Below, piece after piece: positions 46,691 to 56,179 of a stretch of DNA of 64,000 nucleotides; position 1 is the stretch's first letter; each line of letters opens with the position of its first letter. Location of the stretch: assembly GCA_003524085.1 (NCBI GenBank), contig DOEC01000006.1:1146-65145 (forward strand), in the 5' to 3' direction. Source of the stretch: Bacillota bacterium. GTDB taxonomy: Bacteria > Bacillota_I > Bacilli_A > RF39 > UBA660. Under the pieces are notes generated by a model. It ran no database searches. It was not told the origin of the DNA and saw only the letters and a list, made by a program, of their open reading frames with translations. The translations under genes were made by a program, and so were the position numbers.

Positions 46691-46779
46691 TGGTGCCTCG
46701 GGCCGGACTTGAACCGGCACGGTATTTAACTACCGAGGGATTTTAAGTCCCTTGCGTCTACCAATTTCGCCACCGAGGC
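46691..46779 (-). tRNA. tRNA-Leu (UAA), long variable arm
   Basis: GCCTCGGTGGCGAAATTGG...AGGGACTTAAAATCCCT...CCA. 89 nt. Confidence 0.9.
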
Positions 46780-46803
46780 GTGTCACAATTTTTTATTAAA
46801 AAA

Positions 46804-46879
46804 TGGTGACCCGCTGGAGATTCGAACTCCAGACCCCTTGATTAAAAGTCAAGTGCTCTACCGGCTGAGCTAGCGGGTC
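46804..46879 (-). tRNA. tRNA-Lys (UUU)
   Basis: GACCCGCTAGCTCAGCCGG...CTTGACTTTTAATCAAG...CCA. Confidence 0.95.
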
Positions 46880-46891
46880 AATATTATAAAT

Positions 46892-46967
46892 TGGTTGCCT
46901 CGGCGGGATTCGAACCAGCGAAATGCACGAGTCAAAGTCGTGTGCCTTACCACTTGGCTACGAGGCA
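46892..46967 (-). tRNA. tRNA-Gln (UUG)
   Basis: TGCCTCGTAGCCAAGTGG...CACGACTTTGACTCGTG...CCA. Confidence 0.9.
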
Positions 46968-46974
46968 ATCTAAG

Positions 46975-47058
46975 TGGTGGAGAGACATGGATTCGAACCA
47001 TGGAACCCGAAGGAACAGATTTACAGTCTGCCGCGTTTAGCCTCTTCGCTATCTCTCC
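46975..47058 (-). tRNA. tRNA-Tyr (GUA), long variable arm
   Basis: GGAGAGATAGCGAAGAGG...CAGACTGTAAATCTG...CCA. 84 nt. Confidence 0.9.
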
Positions 47059-47065
47059 AAAAAAA

Positions 47066-47141
<76 letters not shown>

Positions 47142-47147
47142 AAATTA

Positions 47148-47224
47148 TGGTGGGCGACGAGAGACTCGAACTCCCGACCTCCTGCTTGTAAGGCAGATGC
47201 TCTAACCAACTGAGCTAGTCGCCC
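47148..47224 (-). tRNA. tRNA-Val (UAC)
   Basis: GGGCGACTAGCTCAGTTGG...CTGCCTTACAAGCAG...CCA. It is the first gene of the array. Confidence 0.95.
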
Positions 47225-47245
47225 ATGTCACTGCTGACATGATTA

Positions 47246-47274
47246 AGTGTACCATTTTATTTTTAATATGTCAA
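47246..47274 (-). promoter_or_regulatory. Promoter of the 12-tRNA array
   Basis: On the minus strand: TTGACA (47269-47274), 17 nt, TACACT (47246-47251) preceded by TGG. A leader palindrome ATGTCA-N4-TGACAT lies at 47225-47240. Confidence 0.6.
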
Positions 47275-47284
47275 CATTTTTTCG

Positions 47285-47647
47285 TTAATTTTCTTTGTTT
47301 TTTTTTATTTCTTTTATTTTTTGGTTTGTCCAGTTCTTCAAATTAGCATGCAACAGTCCAAAACCACTGCCAGATTCCGGTATCATTGACAATTGTTGCT
47401 CAACTTTGTAGTCTATTTTCTTTATAGAAAGTTTGACTTCTCTTTTATCCTCATTAATATCTAAAACCTTAACATTTATTATATCTCCAATGCTAAACAA
47501 ATCGTTAAGATTTTTAACAAATTGGTTTGAAACCTCAGAAATATGAACTAACCCACTATAATCATCTTCCAAGCTCACAAAAACACCATAAGGGGTTATA
47601 CCTGTTACCTGACCTTTCACAATATTGTTAAGTTTAATACTATTCAT
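47285..47647 (-). CDS. S1 RNA-binding domain protein (YabR/GSP13-like)
   Basis: 120 aa. GQVTGITPYGVFVSLEDDYSGLVHISEVS...GDIINVKVLDINEDKREVKLSIKK. Confidence 0.85.
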   Translation of the reverse strand: MNSIKLNNIVKGQVTGITPYGVFVSLEDDYSGLVHISEVSNQFVKNLNDLFSIGDIINVKVLDINEDKREVKLSIKKIDYKVEQQLSMIPESGSGFGLLHANLKNWTNQKIKEIKKNKEN

Positions 47648-47689
47648 ACGACATCACATGTACATTATACCAAATTTTTGTTATTTAGT

Positions 47690-48592
47690 CTACATATTTT
47701 CTAACCATTCTACTTTGGGTATGTTATATTTTTTGTTAATCATATTAAACACATCAAATAATAGTATTTCATAATCCCTAGACTTACTTATAAACTTCAT
47801 AAGCGTTTTCTCATCAACTTCTTCTTCTAAAATTAATTTAACCTGGTCGAAATAATATACCGGATACAGTAATCTAGAAAACAATAATCTTAAATTTACA
47901 CGATTAAATTTTTTTAACGTTTCAACAACTTCCTCTAAATCCAATGTCCCATCAAAAAATTTTGTTTCAATATAAAGCGCTGTATCTCTTATTTCATAGT
48001 CAAATGTAAAGTTAATCGCGTTGTTAATTAAACCACTTAAAACATATTTGTTTAGTCTCTTATGGCCTAATGAAACCTTAGCGTCGTTCATATTTTCAGT
48101 TTCTTTTATATCAACATAGTAACTAATTGCGTTTTCAGCTAGGCCTACATAATAATCAAATGATTCTTGAATAAGTGGATAGTCTATGTTAAGGTCTGCC
48201 ATTTCACTTTCAAACACATCTATTTTCTTGCCCCATAGAACATCATAAGGTACGACATTATTGTTTTTTAGTATTAATAAATTATTAAAGTATATTAAAT
48301 CTTTTAACGAATATTTATCATTTTCTAGTGAATTTACCCTTAATAATACATATATCTTATCATTTAGTGCTACATAGAAAGTCTTGTTTTTATTAATTAT
48401 AAATGTGTCCACGAATATATTTCTTTTATATAACGAATTTGTTACTTTTACTAAAAATTCTATTTCTTCTATAGATTTTGACGTTTCTACAAAGTAATAT
48501 TTAAAGTCATTAAAATAAAAGTAGCAACCATTGTTAATTTCTACTATTTTACTAGGATAAATATTGTAATAATAGTTTATTGTTTCTTTCAT
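47690..48592 (-). CDS. CotS/YutH-like spore coat protein (kinase-like fold)
   Basis: 300 aa. The N-terminal pattern is similar to B. subtilis YutH (YY.F...S.EE...L......L...). The yutD and yunB neighbours match that gene neighbourhood. Confidence 0.5.
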   Translation of the reverse strand: MKETINYYYNIYPSKIVEINNGCYFYFNDFKYYFVETSKSIEEIEFLVKVTNSLYKRNIFVDTFIINKNKTFYVALNDKIYVLLRVNSLENDKYSLKDLIYFNNLLILKNNNVVPYDVLWGKKIDVFESEMADLNIDYPLIQESFDYYVGLAENAISYYVDIKETENMNDAKVSLGHKRLNKYVLSGLINNAINFTFDYEIRDTALYIETKFFDGTLDLEEVVETLKKFNRVNLRLLFSRLLYPVYYFDQVKLILEEEVDEKTLMKFISKSRDYEILLFDVFNMINKKYNIPKVEWLENM

Positions 48593-48628
48593 AGTATCAC
48601 TAGTAAATTATATACAAAAAAACTGCAA

Positions 48629-49621
48629 TTATGCAGCTTGTTTATATGATAATGTTTGGTCAGGCATTGATTTTTGGTAATTCATGTTCTGTGCACTTTC
48701 CAACTTTTTTATTTTAGCTTGAAGTTCAGCTATTATTTCGTCTTTTTTCATTAGCTCTGCTCTTATTCTCTCAAAGCATATTTCTACGGCGTCTTTTTGT
48801 TTTTCTGTCTTTTCTTCTTGTTTGTATAATTCTTGTGGTGTAACAAGTTTTTCACTGCTTACTTCAGGCATATCAAATGCAGGCTCAGACACTGGTCCTG
48901 ATGTGACATCAACTACTGGTTCATTAGCAGATTCAGGTATAGGTGTTGATGTTTCTGTAGAAGGTACATCTACAACTGGTTCAGAAATAGCTGGCATTGC
49001 TGAAACTTCTGGGGTTACAGGTACAACTGGTTCTGCTGGACTAGCAGCTGCGATTTGGTCAAATATATTAGTACTTTCTAATGCAGGTTCAGCTTCTGCT
49101 GGTTTTACTTCTTCTTTTGCTTCTGACACTACTGGAGTTGGTTCTTGTACTGGTGCTGGTTCAGCAGGTGTTTGTACTATTGTTTCAGGGGTAACAGCAG
49201 GTTCTGGTGTTACACTCACTTCTGGTGTTTCAGAAGGAGTTTCAATTGTAAATGAGCTTTCCAAAGAAATACTTGCAAATTTTTCTTTATCAGTATCTTT
49301 TATTCCAATTACTCTTGAACCTAATAATTCTACAACACCACTTATATTCTTTGAACTATCCATTTTATTTCCTTGAATAATTGATTTCATAGCTGCTTTT
49401 ACATTATCCCATACGCTTTCATCAGTTATAGCAACAAATTTAAATAACCCTGGAGTTTCTTCAGTTACTTCAGAAATATAAACTTTACTCATTCCTTCTT
49501 TTAATCTCTCATTTTTTGATATTATAGCAAATGTCTTATTTAAATCTTTTATATCAAAATAATATACTATTTCTACATTTTCATTTGTTCCATCTAAATT
49601 TTTAACAGTGATTGTTTTCAT
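48629..49621 (-). CDS. DUF1292-like N-domain protein with a long Pro/Glu/Val/Thr-rich linker and a C-terminal coiled coil
   Basis: 330 aa. The N-terminus is ITVKNLDGTNENVEIVYYFDIKDLNKTFAIISK...ITDESVWDNV. The low-complexity segment is TPEVSVTPEPAVTPETIVQTPAEPAPVQEPTPV... Confidence 0.55.
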   Translation of the reverse strand: MKTITVKNLDGTNENVEIVYYFDIKDLNKTFAIISKNERLKEGMSKVYISEVTEETPGLFKFVAITDESVWDNVKAAMKSIIQGNKMDSSKNISGVVELLGSRVIGIKDTDKEKFASISLESSFTIETPSETPEVSVTPEPAVTPETIVQTPAEPAPVQEPTPVVSEAKEEVKPAEAEPALESTNIFDQIAAASPAEPVVPVTPEVSAMPAISEPVVDVPSTETSTPIPESANEPVVDVTSGPVSEPAFDMPEVSSEKLVTPQELYKQEEKTEKQKDAVEICFERIRAELMKKDEIIAELQAKIKKLESAQNMNYQKSMPDQTLSYKQAA

Positions 49622-49693
49622 TATCTCACTCTCCTACTATTAACATCATACCATAAAAAAACATTTTTTACAAATGTTTTTTGAATTTTTTAG

Positions 49694-49963
49694 CTATTTT
49701 TTTTCTAAAATGAAGTATTTACAACCATAAGCACAATTTTCTTCTATATATTTATCTATTTTTTGATAGTCATTTATGCTATTATTAATCTTGTTTTCTT
49801 TTTTTGTAAATCCTTTTAGTCTTAATTTTGAATAAGCATAATCTCCCACAATATAATCGTAATCTTTAAAGTAATCAGTTACCAATTGTGTTACTTCTTC
49901 AATATCAAAACATTCACCTTTATCTTTTATTAATTTATATTCTTGCTCTAATAAGGTCATCAT
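49694..49963 (-). CDS. YutD-like protein (DUF1027)
   Basis: Track ORF 49694..49990, with the start moved to MMTLLEQ after an AGGAGG RBS. YIVGDYAYSKLRLKGF is present. Confidence 0.6.
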   Translation of the reverse strand: MMTLLEQEYKLIKDKGECFDIEEVTQLVTDYFKDYDYIVGDYAYSKLRLKGFTKKENKINNSINDYQKIDKYIEENCAYGCKYFILEKK

Positions 49964-49997
49964 TTTCCTCCTAATAAAATTATACAACAAATTTATA

Positions 49998-50726
49998 CTA
50001 ATTGCTACTAGTAATTGGACTAGTTACTGCATAAGACCCACCGTACACGTTTGGAATTTTACCCTGTATTATTTTTACCACTAACGGAATACTATTATTT
50101 ACTAATACGTCTTTTGAAATAAGTGGTAACATAAATCTCATATTTACTGTCACGTCAATGTAAACTTTTAGTAAAGAGTTGTTTATTCCATATGATGACA
50201 CTTCTGTTTTAATATTGCTTACTATACTACCTATTACTTTAGCTTTTAGTGGAACTTTTGGGCCAATATTTGAAAGTGTATAGTTTCCTGTAATATATCC
50301 CAATGGTATTTTGTATATTAAGTCCTCTGTTTCAATCTCGGTATCTTCAAGTTTATATCTTCCGTTTTCAAATGATTTTAAATCTTTGTATACTGCTTTA
50401 TTTAATTTCACTAGGCTTTTATTTATTTTAGCTGTGTTAAAGTCTACGCTTATTACTTCATCATTCTTATTTGTAAGTGTATTAAAAAAAGACATTGTTT
50501 CTTCTTCAGAAAATGAAATACTTTCTACAGCGTCACTTATTATTAATGAACTTATCTTTTTTACTTCGTTTTCGGCATACACTTCTAATGGTGGCACAAT
50601 TTTCGTATTTATGTATTTAAAGGTTAAACTGACTATTAGTAAAACTAGAAATGTCACAATTAAAATGGTATCTTTTTTTGTTAGTTTTATTAACAAATTT
50701 CGTTTTAATCTCATTTTCTTTTTCAT
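49998..50726 (-). CDS. yunB: Sporulation protein YunB
   Basis: 242 aa with an N-terminal TM. IPLGYITGNYTLSNIGPKVPLK, YGINNSLLKVYIDV and IPLVVKIIQGKIPNVYGG closely follow B. subtilis YunB. Confidence 0.85.
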   Translation of the reverse strand: MKKKMRLKRNLLIKLTKKDTILIVTFLVLLIVSLTFKYINTKIVPPLEVYAENEVKKISSLIISDAVESISFSEEETMSFFNTLTNKNDEVISVDFNTAKINKSLVKLNKAVYKDLKSFENGRYKLEDTEIETEDLIYKIPLGYITGNYTLSNIGPKVPLKAKVIGSIVSNIKTEVSSYGINNSLLKVYIDVTVNMRFMLPLISKDVLVNNSIPLVVKIIQGKIPNVYGGSYAVTSPITSSN

Positions 50727-50760
50727 ATTAAATTATATAATAAAAATAAAAGAACTATTA

Positions 50761-51672
50761 CTAAAATAGTTCCAAATCAAACACGTAGTTACCTATTATT
50801 ATTAGTGAAGCCACTATTGATAAAATAAGTATTATTATCAAGAATGTTTTTATAAATGAAGACTTTTTCACACTTTTTTCTAATTCATCAAAACCTTCAA
50901 AATCATCTTTACTAAATGTCATTGAGTTTGTGTAAAAGCTCTTGTCTAAGTCACTCATTTTTTCTTTTAGGTTAACTAATTCTTCAGTTTTTTGTTCTTG
51001 TAAACTTTCAGTTTCTTTAGTCTCAAGCTTTTTAGCGTCAATGTACTCGCTTATTTCATTTGTTAAGTCTTTTTTACTTTGTTCTTCTTCAATTGGTCCA
51101 GTTGTATCTCCGCCTGCCATTAATTCTTCTAGTAAGTTTACGTCTCCTTTATGTATTGTTACAGTGTTTATTAAATCCACTATTGTTCTTTCGTCTGTAT
51201 TCAAAGTTGCTGTTGGCTCATCAACGTCATCGTTGTCTATCTCTTTATACATCTTTATTTTGTCAAGAATATCATATTCACTACTTCTTACTTGTTTATA
51301 TCTTTCTTCACTATATTCAATACTTCTATTTTCTCTTGCTTTTTCTAAAACGGAATTAATGTCATAAACTTTTTTAACTTCAGTTTTTGGTAGCGAAGTT
51401 GGTTCTTCTTCAGGTAAGGAAATCATTTTTCTTCTAACTTTATTTTTTTCGTTATTTTCATTAATGTATTTTTTAATTTTTTCTAGGTCAATTGTTTTAC
51501 CAGTTTGCTCAATTATTTTAACATTTGAATTATTGTTTACACGTGAAAGCTCACACTCTTTTACTTCGTCATATAAAGCAATATTTTTGCTTACTCTACT
51601 TTGAGTGTTTTCTACTTGCTCATTATTTAAATAATTATATTTTTCCATTCTAGAACTCATATTTTTCACCAT
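50761..51672 (-). CDS. Acidic, C-terminally membrane-anchored hypothetical protein
   Basis: 303 aa. K/E/N-rich with a single C-terminal TM (FIKTFLIIILILSIVASLIIIGNYV). Confidence 0.5.
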   Translation of the reverse strand: MVKNMSSRMEKYNYLNNEQVENTQSRVSKNIALYDEVKECELSRVNNNSNVKIIEQTGKTIDLEKIKKYINENNEKNKVRRKMISLPEEEPTSLPKTEVKKVYDINSVLEKARENRSIEYSEERYKQVRSSEYDILDKIKMYKEIDNDDVDEPTATLNTDERTIVDLINTVTIHKGDVNLLEELMAGGDTTGPIEEEQSKKDLTNEISEYIDAKKLETKETESLQEQKTEELVNLKEKMSDLDKSFYTNSMTFSKDDFEGFDELEKSVKKSSFIKTFLIIILILSIVASLIIIGNYVFDLELF

Positions 51673-51763
51673 ACTAATTTTATCATATTTTTTGCGAAAA
51701 TAGAAGTATATTAATTGATTTTCTTTAAATTTAATTATATAATATTTTTAGGAGGAAATGAAA

Positions 51764-51961
51764 ATGGAAAAGATAGAAATTAATAAGGATGCGTGTATCG
51801 GATGTGGAATGTGTGTGCATGACCACCCAAATTATCTAATTTTTGATGAAAACGGGCAAGCTGAGCCTGTTGGAAAGGAAGTTAAACCAGAGGACAAGAA
51901 AAGCTTTTTAGATACAATTGAAAGCTGCCCTACAGAAGCTATTTCAATAGTTCAAGAATAG
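51764..51961 (+). CDS. Small ferredoxin (single [4Fe-4S]/[3Fe-4S] type)
   Basis: Track ORF 51758..51961. CIGCGMC...CP motif. The AGGAGG RBS favours ATG 51764. Confidence 0.8.
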   Translation: MEKIEINKDACIGCGMCVHDHPNYLIFDENGQAEPVGKEVKPEDKKSFLDTIESCPTEAISIVQE

Positions 51962-51991
51962 AAATAAAGTCTTACATAATGTAAGGCTCTT

Positions 51992-52702
51992 TTATTTTAG
52001 ACTGTATAATTTTTTTACTTCTTTTAAAGATAACTCTCTATATTCTCCACTTTTTAATCCACTTAAATCTAAAAATGCGTACTTTTCTCTTTTTAATTTT
52101 TCTACGTCATAATTTAAAGCGTTAAACATATCTTTTACTTGATGGTTTCTACCTTCAGTTATTACAACTTTAACATAACTTACGTCTGTTTTTTTGTCGT
52201 ACCTATCTAATTTAAAGATAGCTTTCTTTGTTTTTTTACCATTTAAAAGTATTCCACTACTTAAAGTAAGAGCGTCTTCTTTTTTAAAGAAACCTTTAAC
52301 TTTTGCGTAGTACTCTTTTGTAACATCATGTTTTGGATGAGTTAAAATATTAGATAGTTCTCCATCATTTGTAAGTAAGATTATGCCTGTTGTATCATAG
52401 TCAAGTCTGCCAACTGAAAACACTCTTTTTTCACTTTTTACTAAATCGCAAACTGTTTTTCTTCCCTTATCATCTGTTACTGAACTTATTACGCTGCGTG
52501 GTTTATAAAGAAGAAAATATGAGTGATCCTGTTTTCTTAAAATTTGATTATCTATTTCTATTAAATCTGCGTCAGTTACTTTAGTACCAAGCTCTTTTAC
52601 AACACTTCCATTTACTTTTACTTTTCCTTTTAAAATTAATTCTTCAGCTTTTCTTCTGCTAGTATAGCCGCATTCACTTATATATTTTTGTAATCTTTCC
52701 AT
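51992..52702 (-). CDS. Pseudouridine synthase, RsuA/RluB family
   Basis: Track ORF to 52714, with the start moved to MERLQKYISECGYTSRRKAEELI (S4 domain). The catalytic RLDYDTTGIILLTNDG is present. Confidence 0.85.
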   Translation of the reverse strand: MERLQKYISECGYTSRRKAEELILKGKVKVNGSVVKELGTKVTDADLIEIDNQILRKQDHSYFLLYKPRSVISSVTDDKGRKTVCDLVKSEKRVFSVGRLDYDTTGIILLTNDGELSNILTHPKHDVTKEYYAKVKGFFKKEDALTLSSGILLNGKKTKKAIFKLDRYDKKTDVSYVKVVITEGRNHQVKDMFNALNYDVEKLKREKYAFLDLSGLKSGEYRELSLKEVKKLYSLK

Positions 52703-52726
52703 AAATAACACCACTTACATTATAAA

Positions 52727-53782
52727 TTATTTTTTCCAAAAAAACAACTTACTTTTTAGTGAATGTTCTTTTTGATGTTTAGAAATTATAAATATATTAG
52801 CTTCTGTTACATATTTATTGTCAACATAAACTATGGCTTTTCCTATTACTTCTTTATCTTTTACTTTCTTCTTTTTTATAATATCTATATCTATTTTGAT
52901 CTTGTCTCTTTCATCTTTTTTTAGCATTACTTCCACGTCTTCATTGATATATAAATGGTAACTCTTATAATATTCACTTTTTACATTAAATGTTTTTTTA
53001 TTCAATATTTTATAACTATCATACTCTTTAAAATATTCTTCATATAACTTTTTGTGAGTATTAAATCTATCTTTTTCTTTCATTGTTACTACAATTAAGT
53101 TTTCTCCTGCTTTAGTTGCACTTGAAACAAACATATACCCTGCTTTTTCTGTATAGCCAATTTTTCCACCTGTTAAAAATTTATAACTTCTTAATAGTTC
53201 GTTTTTGTTATACCAAATGTGAGCTTCTATGTTCGAAGTAAGCATATACTTTTTTAATTTTGTAATTTCCATAAATGTCTTATTTGTAGTTGCATATCTC
53301 ATTAGAAGAGCTAAATCATGGGCAGTGCTTATATTTTCTGTTTCATTATCTAGTCCATGCGGATTTTTAAAATTGGTAGATGTCATTCCTAGCTTATTTG
53401 CAAGGATATTCATTTCTTTTATAAAGTTATCATACCCAATAGTCTCTGTAGCTATTACCATTGCCGCGTCATTACCACTTCGTAAGTTGAGTCCAACCAG
53501 TAAATCATATAAAGTCATGCATTCTCCAATATCTAAATAAATCATTGAACCGTAGACACTTAGTACTTCTTTTCCAGCACAAAGTACGTCAGTAGTGCTT
53601 GCGTTTTCTAAAGCCACCAAAGACGTCATTATTTTTGTAGTACTTGCAATTAACATCTTTTCGTCCATGTTTTTTGAAGACAAAATTCTAGAACTTTTAG
53701 TGTCCATTACAACGTAACTTTCTAGTGCATCAATTTTTAAAATTGGAATTAATAAAATAACAAATAATATAATCTTTTTCAT
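52727..53782 (-). CDS. D-alanyl-D-alanine carboxypeptidase (PBP5/DacB/DacF-like, S11)
   Basis: 351 aa with a signal peptide. SxxK (ASTTKIMT), SxN (SGND) and KxG (GKIGYT) motifs. Confidence 0.85.
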   Translation of the reverse strand: MKKIILFVILLIPILKIDALESYVVMDTKSSRILSSKNMDEKMLIASTTKIMTSLVALENASTTDVLCAGKEVLSVYGSMIYLDIGECMTLYDLLVGLNLRSGNDAAMVIATETIGYDNFIKEMNILANKLGMTSTNFKNPHGLDNETENISTAHDLALLMRYATTNKTFMEITKLKKYMLTSNIEAHIWYNKNELLRSYKFLTGGKIGYTEKAGYMFVSSATKAGENLIVVTMKEKDRFNTHKKLYEEYFKEYDSYKILNKKTFNVKSEYYKSYHLYINEDVEVMLKKDERDKIKIDIDIIKKKKVKDKEVIGKAIVYVDNKYVTEANIFIISKHQKEHSLKSKLFFWKK

Positions 53783-53817
53783 AGCAAATTTTATGTTTTA
53801 AATAAAGAAAAAAGAAC

Positions 53818-54363
53818 TTATTCTTGTTCATAATTATAAGTTCCATGTATTTTTTCTAATGTGGTTTTGTCAAGTGGCGACACTTTCCAACTACCATCTT
53901 CTTTAGTTAAATTTATTTCTATTGTGTATTCTACTCGGTCAGTAGTGTTTTGCATAGATTTAAGTTTGTAATCCATAAATTTGTCGTTATCGTATGAGTC
54001 ATTTGTTAAAAATTCACTTTCATGAGTACTCTTATAACTTTCAGCATCTTTTTGTGCTTTATAGAAATCGTACACAGTAATTTTAGCTTTAACCGTTGCA
54101 TCGTCACCATTTACTGTTTCGTCTTCTATAGTATACTTTAAGTCTGAGTACTGCATTTTCATAATATTAGTGTATGTAGTTTTTTGATAATCAGTTGTTA
54201 ATGTTGTTCCTTCTACAACTAATTCTAAATCGTCTAAAACTGCATTATCTAGATTTTGATATTTTTTAAATAACTCTTCTACTTTCTTTGTTGGAGTATT
54301 TTTATTTAGACTACACCCTACTAATAAGAACACACTTAAACATATAACTAAAATTTTCTTCAT
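53818..54363 (-). CDS. Lipoprotein of unknown function
   Basis: 181 aa with lipobox LLVGCS. Confidence 0.6.
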   Translation of the reverse strand: MKKILVICLSVFLLVGCSLNKNTPTKKVEELFKKYQNLDNAVLDDLELVVEGTTLTTDYQKTTYTNIMKMQYSDLKYTIEDETVNGDDATVKAKITVYDFYKAQKDAESYKSTHESEFLTNDSYDNDKFMDYKLKSMQNTTDRVEYTIEINLTKEDGSWKVSPLDKTTLEKIHGTYNYEQE

Positions 54364-54408
54364 TATTCCACCTCTAGTTATAGATTAACCAAAAATTTCT
54401 AATATATA

Positions 54409-55041
54409 CTATTTTTTTACAGTTAACATATTTAATAGAGAATAGAATTCACGATGTTTATCTGTATAATCTTTTTTTATAGATTTTACTAGCAAAGTGT
54501 AGGCATTTATTGCTGCTTCTTTATTAAACCATTCATAATATAAATAATTAATTTTTTCTTCATCTAATTTTATAATTTCTAATTCTTCTAGTATTTTGTC
54601 GACTAAACTGTTTTCGTCTCTTAGCATTTTGTTTTTAGTGATATTATTATTAATTACATTATATGCTAAAGCAGTCATTCTCATTGTTTTAGACATATTA
54701 GATATTTCTACTTCTTCATTAATTAAAAACTTACTTTTCTTAATAACTAAACCCTTTTTATCAACTAGCACCATAAGGCTATTTATTCCATCAGTTACTA
54801 TAAATGAATACTCTAGTGTTTCTACATTTTTGGATGTAAAGACCTGGGTTTTATCTTTTACTACACTTAGAAACTCTTTATCTATTCTTACTTTTTTGTA
54901 TGTCAAATCTCCTAAAATATTAGTTTTCACCTTAAATAATGGGCACCTTCTTACGTGATAAAAATCGTCTGTTGTTTTCCAGTCATAAAAATCATAAAGC
55001 ATATCATTAAAATTTACTAATATATCGTACACATATACCAT
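54409..55041 (-). CDS. Hypothetical protein (210 aa)
   Basis: Track ORF 54409..55110. The start is moved to MVYVYDILVNFND, immediately after the stop of the upstream small ORF and an AAGGAAAGGAAA RBS. Confidence 0.5.
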   Translation of the reverse strand: MVYVYDILVNFNDMLYDFYDWKTTDDFYHVRRCPLFKVKTNILGDLTYKKVRIDKEFLSVVKDKTQVFTSKNVETLEYSFIVTDGINSLMVLVDKKGLVIKKSKFLINEEVEISNMSKTMRMTALAYNVINNNITKNKMLRDENSLVDKILEELEIIKLDEEKINYLYYEWFNKEAAINAYTLLVKSIKKDYTDKHREFYSLLNMLTVKK

Positions 55042-55043
55042 TG

Positions 55044-55244
55044 TTATTTTCCTTTCCTTAAAGCATAAATTATTAAAAGTACTCCAGGAATTATAAGTAA
55101 GCATTCCCACCTTCTAGATATATAGTTTACATAATTTATAAAAGTATACCCGATGCTTAATAAATTTATGTATATTATAATGAATGTTAAACTAAATCCA
55201 GTTAGAAGTATTCCTATAATTAAAGTTAAAAATTTGAATAACAT
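55044..55244 (-). CDS. Small two-TM membrane protein (66 aa)
   Basis: ORF track. Two hydrophobic helices, translationally coupled to the next gene. Confidence 0.45.
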   Translation of the reverse strand: MLFKFLTLIIGILLTGFSLTFIIIYINLLSIGYTFINYVNYISRRWECLLIIPGVLLIIYALRKGK

Positions 55245-55313
55245 ATTTACACTCCCTACTTAAATAGTATTTATTTATCACAAGTTTTAGTATATAATTA
55301 TATTGGTGATATT

Positions 55314-56117
55314 ATGAAAGAAATATTAATTTATGTATTTTTGGGAATTGTGCAAGGTTTAACCGAGCCATTACCAATTAGTTCAAGTGGACACGTTTTT
55401 GTTTTGAAGAAACTTCTTGGAATTACCGCAAGTGACTTAAACTTTGAAATTGTTGTTAATTTTGGTAGTTTACTTGCAATTTTGCTTATTTATAAAGACG
55501 ATTTGATTAGACTTATTAAGAATTTCTTTATGTATTTTAAGGTAAAGAATGAAGAAACTAAAAGAGATTTTAAGTATTGCTGGTTAATTGTACTTGGTAG
55601 TATTCCAGTTGGTATAATGGGATTATTATTTAAAGACATGATAGAAGAAAAACTTAATAATATGACAATTGTAGGAATTGCATTTTTAGTTACAAGTTTA
55701 TTTTTACTTTTAGTTAGTAACATCAGAGGTAAAAGAAAAGAAAGTGATATGAACATAATGGACTCAGTTGTTATTGGACTTACTCAAGTTGTAGCTTTAA
55801 TTCCTGGAATTAGTAGAAGCGGTTCTACACTAATTGGTGGCTTATTTAGAAAACTTGATAGAGAAACAGCATTAAAATACTCATTTATGCTTTATATTCC
55901 AGTCAGTGTTGGTACTACACTACTTGGTTTCAAAGACTTATTAGAAACATCTAACTTACACGACATCGTACTTCCTTATGGACTTGGATTTATTGCTTCA
56001 ATGGTAGTGTCATACTTTACTTTAAGATGGTTTATAGGCGTGGTTAAAAAAGGTAATTTAAAATATTTCAGTTTATACACTTTAATACTTGGAATTTTAA
56101 TTCTAATATTTATGTAA
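55314..56117 (+). CDS. uppP: Undecaprenyl-diphosphatase
   Basis: 267 aa. GLTEPLPISSSGH and PGISRSGSTL motifs. Confidence 0.9.
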   Translation: MKEILIYVFLGIVQGLTEPLPISSSGHVFVLKKLLGITASDLNFEIVVNFGSLLAILLIYKDDLIRLIKNFFMYFKVKNEETKRDFKYCWLIVLGSIPVGIMGLLFKDMIEEKLNNMTIVGIAFLVTSLFLLLVSNIRGKRKESDMNIMDSVVIGLTQVVALIPGISRSGSTLIGGLFRKLDRETALKYSFMLYIPVSVGTTLLGFKDLLETSNLHDIVLPYGLGFIASMVVSYFTLRWFIGVVKKGNLKYFSLYTLILGILILIFM

Positions 56118-56124
56118 GCAAAAG

Positions 56125-56155
56125 AAAACTCTAGAATAATATCTAGAGTTTTTTA
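56125..56155 (+). terminator. uppP terminator
   Basis: Stem AACTCTAGA / TCTAGAGTT followed by a T-run. Confidence 0.8.
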
Positions 56156-56179
56156 ATAAAAAAAGCCTTATTTAGGCTC
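56156..56179 (-). terminator. Terminator after the coiled-coil gene pair
   Basis: On the minus strand: AGCCT, AAATA loop, AGGCT, then a T-run. Confidence 0.55.

Noticed and set aside
48822-49376. A locally GC-richer stretch with a 184-aa antisense ORF, considered as foreign DNA or a hidden gene.
   Set aside because: The composition follows from the Pro/Ala/Glu/Thr/Val-rich low-complexity linker of the sense gene 48629..49621. The antisense frame (G/S/T-rich) has no start context.
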